Part shown: positions 10,256-17,117 of the stretch, piece after piece
Layout: each line of letters starts with the position of its first letter
How positions within the stretch are numbered: position 1 is the stretch's first letter
DNA from: Candidatus Thalassarchaeum betae
GTDB taxonomy: Archaea > Thermoplasmatota > Poseidoniia > Poseidoniales > Thalassarchaeaceae
Assembly: GCA_003193925.1 (NCBI GenBank)
Contig: PSPG01000003.1
Location: 32,001-96,000 of the forward strand
DNA: 64,000 bases
Direction of reading: 5' to 3'
Notes under the pieces: generated by a model
The model's database searches: none
What the model saw: the letters and a program-made list of their open reading frames with translations, nothing else
Told to the model about the DNA's origin: nothing
Program-made: the position numbers and the translations under genes

Positions 10256-11125
10256 TCAACTGACCTTCATTCCCTGATTGTCGTAGTCCCACTCGATGAC
10301 TTCCCAGCCGGCCTCCTCGACCGCGGAAACCGCTGTACTGACGCCCGTCGGGGAGCATAGCAGGCCCACTGAGCCACCGCCGCCTGCGCCCAAAGCCTTC
10401 CAAGCCACCGCCGAGCCCGCCTCCAGAAGGGGGTCAATCACGCCTCGAAACGGGTCGTGGATCGCCGGATCCAGCATGTCGACTCCCTTGCAGACCTCAT
10501 TGAGGGCATGGACCACGAGTTCGCGCCGATCGCGTTGAAGCCCCTCGGCCATGGTTCGTGCGGCCCCTCTGATGAGATGCAGGCCGCCGATCACCGACTC
10601 GTCGCCCTGATCGTAGCGCTCCCAGACCCCGGAGTGCATGTCTCCTGAGGTGTGCTCGATTCCCGTATAGGCGATGACGAAGTGCTTGCGCAGCCAGTTC
10701 CTCGCCGAGCGCATCGGCTCGAACGGCATCTCCTCGACCTCGTCGCCGAGGAAGAGCAGGTGGTTGAATCCACCATGTGCGGCGGCCCACTGGTCCTGCC
10801 TGCCGCCGCGGTTCTCGAGCAGGGCCTCGAACTGGAAGGCGAGCTCGGCGATGTCCTCAGGGCTCTTGTCGCCACCGGCGATGGTCGCAATCAGTCCGAC
10901 GTTCATCGCCCCGCTCGTCCCGAGGCCCGATCCCGTCGGCATGTCGCTGCTGTACTCGACCCGTATCCGCCCGTCCGCGTCCTTCTCCATGATGCTCCGG
11001 ATGTATCGATTGATGGCGAAGTTGACGACCTCGCCCCCGAAATCGCCGCTGTACGGCTGGACGTCGGTCCAGCCTCCTGCGAGGTCGACGCGTACGGGAA
11101 CCACCACTTCCACGCGTTCCGCCAT
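10256..11125 (-). CDS. GHMP-family sugar kinase (HddA/fucokinase-like)
   Basis: PVRVDLAGGWTD, PTGSGLGTSG, GGRQDQ, KALGAGGGG. Confidence 0.85.
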   Translation of the reverse strand: MAERVEVVVPVRVDLAGGWTDVQPYSGDFGGEVVNFAINRYIRSIMEKDADGRIRVEYSSDMPTGSGLGTSGAMNVGLIATIAGGDKSPEDIAELAFQFEALLENRGGRQDQWAAAHGGFNHLLFLGDEVEEMPFEPMRSARNWLRKHFVIAYTGIEHTSGDMHSGVWERYDQGDESVIGGLHLIRGAARTMAEGLQRDRRELVVHALNEVCKGVDMLDPAIHDPFRGVIDPLLEAGSAVAWKALGAGGGGSVGLLCSPTGVSTAVSAVEEAGWEVIEWDYDNQGMKVS

Positions 11126-11176
11126 CGAACACAGCAAATCTCCGACCCATGAGAAGGATTCGGTCTGCGACCGAAA

Positions 11177-11196
11177 ATAACGGGTAGGTAAGGCCC
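11177..11196 (+). promoter_or_regulatory. Putative promoter element of the rib operon
   Basis: ATAACGGGTAGGTAAGGCCC, 31 nt upstream of the ribB ATG. It is 17/20 identical to the element upstream of gpsA. Confidence 0.45.
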
Positions 11197-11207
11197 CTCC
11201 GCCCTAC

Positions 11208-11921
11208 ATGGCCTCCGGTGTGGATCGAGCCATCGCCGCATTCGTCGCCGGTGAGCCAGTCATGGTGTTCGACTCAGCCTTCAGGGAGCGGGAGACCGAC
11301 CTGCTGTGGCCCGCGGACGCCGCGACGCCGGAGGTCATGCGGACTCTGCGCAAAGACTGCGGCGGCCTGCTGTTCCTCGCTATCGGAAACGAGATCGGCG
11401 AGCTCTTCGGGCTGCCATGGCTGCAGGACATCCATTCGCACCCTGCGCTGGTCAAGGAGAACCCGGTGCTCGCCGATCTCGTGACCAACGACCTGCAGTA
11501 CGACACGCGCTCTGCATTCACAGTCTCACTGAACCACAGGGACACGTACACCGGAATCACCGACCGCGACCGCGCCCTGACCACCCGCAGATTCGGCGAA
11601 CTGACCGGTGAACTGCTCGCCAGTGGGGCGGACGGTGAGGCTGCGCGAGCCGCACTCGGCGCCGAGTTTCGCACCCCCGGGCACATCCCAGTGTGCCGAG
11701 AGTCCCGGCAGGGGCTCAGGACGCGACAGGGGCACACCGAGCTGGCCGTCTCGATAGCGCGGCTCTCCGGGCACTCGCCGTGCACCATCGGCGCCGAAAT
11801 GCTGCAGCCGGACGGCGACGGCGCTCTGGCTGTCGAGGATGCCCGCGAATACGCCCGCAAGCGTGGCATACCGATGATCACCGGGGCAGACATACTCGAG
11901 GCGCTTGGGATAGACGAATGA
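11208..11921 (+). CDS. ribB: 3,4-dihydroxy-2-butanone-4-phosphate synthase (archaeal type)
   Basis: VMVFDSAFRERETDL, YDTRSAFTVSLNH, TYTGITDRDRALT, FRTPGH, RQGHTE. Confidence 0.95.
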   Translation: MASGVDRAIAAFVAGEPVMVFDSAFRERETDLLWPADAATPEVMRTLRKDCGGLLFLAIGNEIGELFGLPWLQDIHSHPALVKENPVLADLVTNDLQYDTRSAFTVSLNHRDTYTGITDRDRALTTRRFGELTGELLASGADGEAARAALGAEFRTPGHIPVCRESRQGLRTRQGHTELAVSIARLSGHSPCTIGAEMLQPDGDGALAVEDAREYARKRGIPMITGADILEALGIDE

Positions 11922-11964
11922 GGCGAAGGATTGAGGCAGGTCTGCGTTTCGGGGGTGTGAGAGC

Positions 11965-12423
11965 ATGGTGCGCGTGATGGCCGTCGGCATTTTCGATCTC
12001 CTTCACGCCGGGCACCTGCACTACCTCGAGCAGGCCAAGTCGCTGGGCGACGAACTGGTCGTCGTGGTTGCTCACGATGACACGGTCCGCAATCAGAAGC
12101 ACGAGCCCATAACGGGCCAGGAGTTGCGACGCAGGATGGTTGCCGGGCTGAAGCCGGTGGACGAGGCCATCGTGGGTAACCCCCCTTCAGTCCCGATCTT
12201 CGACATCCTCGATGTCGTCAAGCCCGACAAAATCGCTCTGGGCTACGACCAGAAGCACTCGATCGAAGCCGTCCGGGCAGGTCTGGAGAGACAGGGCCAT
12301 GGCCACATCGAGGTCGTAAGGGTAGAAGGGCTCTCGGACGACTTGGACGGGACTCGCAAGATCATCTCAAAGATCCTTGACCTCTGGACCGGGACCGAAG
12401 ACGGCCCCTACGAGGAGGATTGA
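11965..12423 (+). CDS. ribL: Archaeal FAD synthase (cytidylyltransferase family)
   Basis: GIFDLLHAGHLHYL (HxGH), VVVAHD, KPDKIALGYDQ, and its position in the rib operon. Confidence 0.88.
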   Translation: MVRVMAVGIFDLLHAGHLHYLEQAKSLGDELVVVVAHDDTVRNQKHEPITGQELRRRMVAGLKPVDEAIVGNPPSVPIFDILDVVKPDKIALGYDQKHSIEAVRAGLERQGHGHIEVVRVEGLSDDLDGTRKIISKILDLWTGTEDGPYEED

Positions 12424-12424
12424 G

Positions 12425-13030
12425 ATGTTCACCGGTATCGTACAGGGCACCGGAGAGGTGACTTCGATCTCGGATGGCGGCACAGTGCGTCGGTTCTCCA
12501 TTGAGATGAGTGGTCTGAGCGATGAGCTCGGGATGGGTGCGAGCGTATCCGTCGATGGCGTCTGCCTGACTGTATCCGGAATGGAAGGGAGCGTCGTCGA
12601 CTTCGATGCGATTCCCGAGACGCTGGAGCGCTCGACTCTCGGGGGCCTGTGTGTCGGTGATGCGGTGAACCTCGAGCGCGCCCTGCGCATGGGCGATGAG
12701 CTGGGAGGGCACGTCCTGTCCGGGCATGTAATGGCCACAGCGGAGGTGCTCGGCCGTAGCGAGGTCGGCGAGGGCGTCGACATGGAGATCTCCGTCTCGT
12801 CGGACATCAGGCCGTTTGTCATGGAGAAGGGCTACATCGCCGTCGACGGTATCAGCCTCACCGTCGGCCGGGTCAGGGCCGAGTCGTTCGACGTCCACCT
12901 GATTCCCGAGACCCTCGAGAGGACGACCATCGGCAGCAAGTCTGAGAGCAGCCTTGTAAACATCGAGGTCGACCCAATGACCCAAGCTGTGGTCGAGACC
13001 ATCTCACGGATGATGGAGGCACGCCAGTGA
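12425..13030 (+). CDS. ribE: Riboflavin synthase, bacterial/eukaryotic trimeric type
   Basis: N-terminus MFTGIV, SVSVDGVCLTV, VNLERAL, GGHVLSGHV, KGYIAVDGISLT. Confidence 0.95.
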   Translation: MFTGIVQGTGEVTSISDGGTVRRFSIEMSGLSDELGMGASVSVDGVCLTVSGMEGSVVDFDAIPETLERSTLGGLCVGDAVNLERALRMGDELGGHVLSGHVMATAEVLGRSEVGEGVDMEISVSSDIRPFVMEKGYIAVDGISLTVGRVRAESFDVHLIPETLERTTIGSKSESSLVNIEVDPMTQAVVETISRMMEARQ

Positions 13031-13422
13031 ACCTCGGCATCGTCTGCGGAGCCTTCCACCGCGAGCACGTCGAGAGTATGCTGGAGTACGCCCGCGACGA
13101 GGCCGCATCGAAGAACTGGGAGGTCGCTGATGTGGTCTGGGTTCCCGGCTCGATGGAGGCTCCTCTAGCACTGGAGAGGATGCTCCAGCGAGAGGACATC
13201 GATGGCGCTGTCGCGCTCGGCATCATCGAGCGGGGCCAGACCGATCACGGTCTGGTCATGGGACAGTCCGTGACGAGGGCGATCATCGAGTTGCAGATTG
13301 CACACAATAAGCCCATCGGGCTCGGGATAATCGGTCCTGGCGCCGAGCCAGAGCACATCGTGGCGCGGTTGGAACCGCATGCCCGCGCTGCTGTCGGCGC
13401 GGTCGCGGCCATGGTAGAGTGA
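13027..13422 (+). CDS. ribH: 6,7-dimethyl-8-ribityllumazine synthase
   Basis: VWVPGSMEAP, DGAVALGIIERGQTDH, KPIGLGI. Overlaps the ribE stop via GTGA. Confidence 0.92.
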   Translation: MNLGIVCGAFHREHVESMLEYARDEAASKNWEVADVVWVPGSMEAPLALERMLQREDIDGAVALGIIERGQTDHGLVMGQSVTRAIIELQIAHNKPIGLGIIGPGAEPEHIVARLEPHARAAVGAVAAMVE

Positions 13423-14283
13423 TCACAGGCGCGTCGCCTTGAGGGTGAATGACAGAGGAATCGGCACGTGCCCTTCCTTGAGTCGCCAGTGGTTCGGGCG
13501 CGTCGGCTCGAACAGGTCAGGCCAAGGTGCGAAGAAGTGCTCGTCGCGCTCGTTGAGGAAATCTATGCGGAAGCCGTTCTCGAGAAGCGCGTTGATGATC
13601 GTATCGTACCTGTACTCCCAGCAGTGCGTGGTGCGCTCTATGTCAGCCTCCGCGGTAGCGTAGCTGCCCTCGCCGACCTCTGAAATCGGACCCTCGTTGA
13701 AGAGATCGTACTTCGGAACCAGCCGAGGGCCGTCAGGCCCCTCCTCCACATCGAGGATGTTGACCATCGGGGTGCTCTCCTCCAGATACAGAACACCACC
13801 CTGCTTGAGCAGAGCGGAGCACACTCGGGCCCACTCGCCTAGGTCCGGCAACCAGCACAAGGCTCCTCGGCCCGTGTAGAGGATGTCGAACTGCTCGCCG
13901 TTCAGCGCCTCGACAGCATCCCTGACCCTGCTGACGACGAACCTCGCGTCGTCGATTCTGAGGATCCTGGCGAACCTCTCGGCCTCGGCGATTGCGTTCG
14001 GCGAGAAGTCGAGGCCGGTCACCCTCGCGCCCTCGCGCGCCCAGGAGAGCGTGTCAGTGCCGATGTGGCACTGCATGTGGAGCAGCGACTTTCCCCCGAC
14101 TCGGCCGATCTCCTCGATCTCCCAGGGCGATAGCTTGGACTCGCCGGCGAGCCACTGCTCGATGCGGTAGAACTCGGCACCGCTGCCCTGCGCGTGGAGG
14201 TGAGCCATCGCGTCCCACGACTCTAGGTTCTCCCGGATCGCCTCTTCGTCGTCGGCTGGAGGCGGTGCTGGTCTCCAGGCCAT
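13423..14283 (-). CDS. Class I SAM-dependent methyltransferase
   Basis: LLHMQCHIGTDTLSWAREGARVTGLDFS, FDILYT, LKQGGVLYL. Confidence 0.88.
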   Translation of the reverse strand: MAWRPAPPPADDEEAIRENLESWDAMAHLHAQGSGAEFYRIEQWLAGESKLSPWEIEEIGRVGGKSLLHMQCHIGTDTLSWAREGARVTGLDFSPNAIAEAERFARILRIDDARFVVSRVRDAVEALNGEQFDILYTGRGALCWLPDLGEWARVCSALLKQGGVLYLEESTPMVNILDVEEGPDGPRLVPKYDLFNEGPISEVGEGSYATAEADIERTTHCWEYRYDTIINALLENGFRIDFLNERDEHFFAPWPDLFEPTRPNHWRLKEGHVPIPLSFTLKATRL

Positions 14284-14438
14284 GCGAGTTCGTCGGGCGA
14301 CTCCGATGAAACCCTATCGGCAACAAGGAGTGCCGTCATTCCTCGATTTCGATGCCTTGCGCCATCATCATCTCGGCCCCAGATTCGTACCATAACCACG
14401 GAGCAGGGTTGAAGGACGTCCCACCGTTGCCGATGCCC

Positions 14439-15368
14439 ATGGGCGGTGAAGTCCGCAATGTGATAATCATCGGCTCCGGGCCTGCGGGCTACACTGCCGG
14501 CCTATACGCCGCCCGCGCTCTGCTCGAGCCTCTGATGTTCGCTGGCTACATGTCCGGCGGCCAGCTCATGCTGACCACGGACGTCGAGAACTTCCCCGGC
14601 TACCCGATGGGGGTCGGCGGCCCGGAGATGATGGTACACATGCGGGAGCAGGCCGAACACTTCGGCCTCGAGGTCCACGACAAGAACGTCGAGAGGGTAG
14701 ATTTCTCCGAGCGCCCGTTCAGGGTCTGGGTCGAGGGCGAGGAGTTCCGCGCCGAGGCTGTGATCATCTGCACCGGCGCGGAGGCCATCTGGCTCGGCGT
14801 CGAGGGCGAGGAAGAGCACAGGGGACGAGGGATCTCATCATGCGCGACCTGCGATGGCGCTTTCTTCCGCGACGAGGAGGTCATCGTGGTCGGCGGCGGC
14901 GACTCGGCGATGGAGGAGGCGACTTTTCTCACCAGATTCGCGAGCAAGGTCACCATAATCCACCGACGCGAGGGTTTCCGGGCATCGAAGATCATGTACG
15001 AACGCGCTGCCATTCACCCCAAGATCGACATCAAGACGCACAGAAGGGTCAAGAGCTGGCTCTCCGATGACAACGGCCTGACCGGAGCCGTGCTGGAGGA
15101 CCCCAGAGACGGCTCCGAGGAGGAGATCTCGTGCACTGGTGCCTTCGTCGCCATCGGGCACAAGCCGATGACGGGCTTCCTCGAAGGAGAGGTGGAGATG
15201 GATGGCTCCGGATACGTCCTGCATACCGAGCACACCATGACGAGCGTGCCTGGTGTGTTCGCCGCGGGCGACGTAGTCGACAAACGGTACAGACAGGCGG
15301 TCACCGCTGCTGGCATGGGCTGTCGAGCGGCCATGGATGCCGAGAAGTGGTTGGAAGGCCAGCATTAG
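14439..15368 (+). CDS. trxB: Thioredoxin reductase
   Basis: IIGSGPAGYTAG, GGQLMLTTDVENFPG, CATCDG, GGGDSAMEEA, VFAAGD. Confidence 0.97.
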   Translation: MGGEVRNVIIIGSGPAGYTAGLYAARALLEPLMFAGYMSGGQLMLTTDVENFPGYPMGVGGPEMMVHMREQAEHFGLEVHDKNVERVDFSERPFRVWVEGEEFRAEAVIICTGAEAIWLGVEGEEEHRGRGISSCATCDGAFFRDEEVIVVGGGDSAMEEATFLTRFASKVTIIHRREGFRASKIMYERAAIHPKIDIKTHRRVKSWLSDDNGLTGAVLEDPRDGSEEEISCTGAFVAIGHKPMTGFLEGEVEMDGSGYVLHTEHTMTSVPGVFAAGDVVDKRYRQAVTAAGMGCRAAMDAEKWLEGQH

Positions 15369-15379
15369 GGGGTCTCGGA

Positions 15380-15766
15380 TTGGAGCCCGAAGTTGACAAG
15401 GGTTGGCTCAGCAACCGGTTTGCCGACTTCTTCTATCTCCTGCACGTCTCAGTCACATTCTTCTGCGCTTTTGCGTGGCTGGGCCCCTACGAGTGGATGT
15501 GGTGGGGTGTCTTCATCCTCTACGGGGCCACCGAGGTCCTGTGGCTGTTCAGAGACGAGTATTGCATCCTCACTGACGCCGAACAGTGGTTCAGAGGCAT
15601 TCCTAAAGCGGACTCCCATCTCGATCAGAGTTTCATCCGACGACTGTTCAACCTCATACTCAGACGGGATATACAGCCTGAGAACGCGAGTACGCTCACG
15701 CGCGTGTGGGGTCGTATAGGTTGGCTGGTGGCGACGGCTCGCCTGTTCGTGCCGGGTGTGCCCTGA
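15380..15766 (+). CDS. DUF2784-like membrane protein
   Basis: 3' part of ORF 15131..15766 from TTG 15380: ADFFYLLH...hydrophobic...CILTDAEQWFR, resembling the CPLTxxE motif. Confidence 0.6.
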   Translation: MEPEVDKGWLSNRFADFFYLLHVSVTFFCAFAWLGPYEWMWWGVFILYGATEVLWLFRDEYCILTDAEQWFRGIPKADSHLDQSFIRRLFNLILRRDIQPENASTLTRVWGRIGWLVATARLFVPGVP

Positions 15767-15789
15767 CGAGGCTTGCGACCGAAGCGCAC

Positions 15790-16962
15790 ATGTTGGATTG
15801 CCCCCCTCGGCGGAGCGTGTCCGACGAGCAGAGTGCTGGCGAGAGCGCGCGGTACGCGCGTCATCTGACGCTACCAGAGGTAGGTCCCGAGGGGCAGAAG
15901 CTGCTCAGCGAGGCCTCGGTCCTCGTGGTGGGAGCAGGCGGCCTCGGCTCGCCAGCCCTGCTGTACCTCGCAGCGGCGGGAGTTGGCAGGATAGGCGTCA
16001 TAGACGACGATTCGGTCGACATCACTAACTTGCAGAGGCAGGTGATTCACGGAACTGCGGAGCTGGGAGAGCCGAAGGTGGCGTCCGCTGAGCGCAGGCT
16101 CGCCGACCTCAATCCGGAGGTCGAAGTAGAGTCGTTGGAGTTCAGGCTGGAGGTGGACAACGCCCTGGACGTCATAGGCAGCTACGACTTGGTGATAGAC
16201 GGCTCTGACAACTTCTCCACCAGGTACCTCATTGGCGATGCGTGCGAAATCCTCGGCAAACCGTGGGTATTCGGCAGCATACACAGGTTCGAGGGGCAGG
16301 TGTCCACATTCAACCTCGACGGAGGGCCCAACTACCGCGACCTGTTTCCAGAAGCCCCTCCGGCCGAACTCGCTCCCAACTGCGCTGAGGCGGGAGTCCT
16401 CGGAGTCCTGCCCGGGATAGTCGGGTCAATCCAAGCCACCGAGGCAATCAAGGTGATCCTCGGAGTCGGCGAACCACTCAGCGGCAGGCTGCTGGTAATC
16501 GACGCGCTCAGCATGGGCATGCGCTCCCTCTCATTCTCCCACGACCCCAGCCGCCAGACAGTGACCGAGATTTCCAAGGAGGCCATAGAATGCTCAGCCA
16601 GACCGGGTTCGATGGAGGAGATGCAGGGGGGCATGCGGGAGATCAGCCCCTCCGAGTACGTCACCCGCGTAGACGGCGGATGGTCCCCGTTCCTACTCGA
16701 CGTCAGGAGGAGGGACGAGGAGATGATCGTCTCCCTCAACGGGACGGCCCTGCGAATCCAACACCTGTCGATCCCCTCGCGTACGGACGAGGTCCCCAAG
16801 GACCGAGACGTGGTCGTCTACTGCAGGACGGGGGGCAGGTCCGCTACCGTTGCGCGCTTCCTAGTAGCCATGGCAGGCTGGTCTGAGGAGCGCGTCTACA
16901 ACCTCTCCGGAGGGATTCACGAGTGGTCGGATACTGTTGACTCTTCCGTCCCAAAATACTAA
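15790..16962 (+). CDS. moeB: Molybdopterin-synthase adenylyltransferase with rhodanese domain (MoeB/MoeZ type)
   Basis: RYARHL, VVGAGGLGSP, TNLQRQ, DGSDNF, PNCAEAGVLG, and rhodanese VYCRTGGRS. The start may be GTG 15817. Confidence 0.93.
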   Translation: MLDCPPRRSVSDEQSAGESARYARHLTLPEVGPEGQKLLSEASVLVVGAGGLGSPALLYLAAAGVGRIGVIDDDSVDITNLQRQVIHGTAELGEPKVASAERRLADLNPEVEVESLEFRLEVDNALDVIGSYDLVIDGSDNFSTRYLIGDACEILGKPWVFGSIHRFEGQVSTFNLDGGPNYRDLFPEAPPAELAPNCAEAGVLGVLPGIVGSIQATEAIKVILGVGEPLSGRLLVIDALSMGMRSLSFSHDPSRQTVTEISKEAIECSARPGSMEEMQGGMREISPSEYVTRVDGGWSPFLLDVRRRDEEMIVSLNGTALRIQHLSIPSRTDEVPKDRDVVVYCRTGGRSATVARFLVAMAGWSEERVYNLSGGIHEWSDTVDSSVPKY

Positions 16963-17117
16963 TTGTGGTGACTATTAGTTAAGACTAACTATTATTTGCG
17001 GTATTTTCTATCTTTTTCGATTTGAGAATACCTAGAGTATACGTATTTTCACTATTTGTGGGGATAACTGGTGCAGTGAGTCGAAGAATTGTTGTATAAG
17101 CAGACCTTCGGGATACC
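16963..17117. promoter_or_regulatory. AT-rich intergenic region (probable U-rich terminator plus promoter)
   Basis: Sharp GC drop, T-tracts (GTATTTTC twice, TCTTTTTC) and GTATAAG near 17094. Confidence 0.45.

Noticed and set aside
10206-10403. Longer N-termini given by the ORF track (also for aroC, ribE, trxB, Nfu and the FAD subunit)
   Set aside because: The extensions overlap neighbouring genes or precede the family's normal start, so downstream starts were used.
11126-11207. FMN riboswitch upstream of the rib operon
   Set aside because: The spacer is only about 80 nt, has no RFN consensus, and the promoter spacing suggests a leaderless mRNA.
14284-14438. Ribozyme or ncRNA in the methyltransferase-trxB spacer
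   Set aside because: Only short hairpins (CCGAT...ATCGG) are present, without a hammerhead core. It fits an ordinary divergent promoter region.
15790-16962. Loss of the Zn-binding CxxC pairs in MoeB (PNYRD) as a sign of pseudogenisation
   Set aside because: Zn-less MoeZ-type proteins with this motif are known. The ATP-binding motifs and both the PNCAE and rhodanese cysteines are intact.
16963-17117. Replication origin
   Set aside because: It is AT-rich, but has no ORB-like repeats with G-strings and no adjacent cdc6/orc1.
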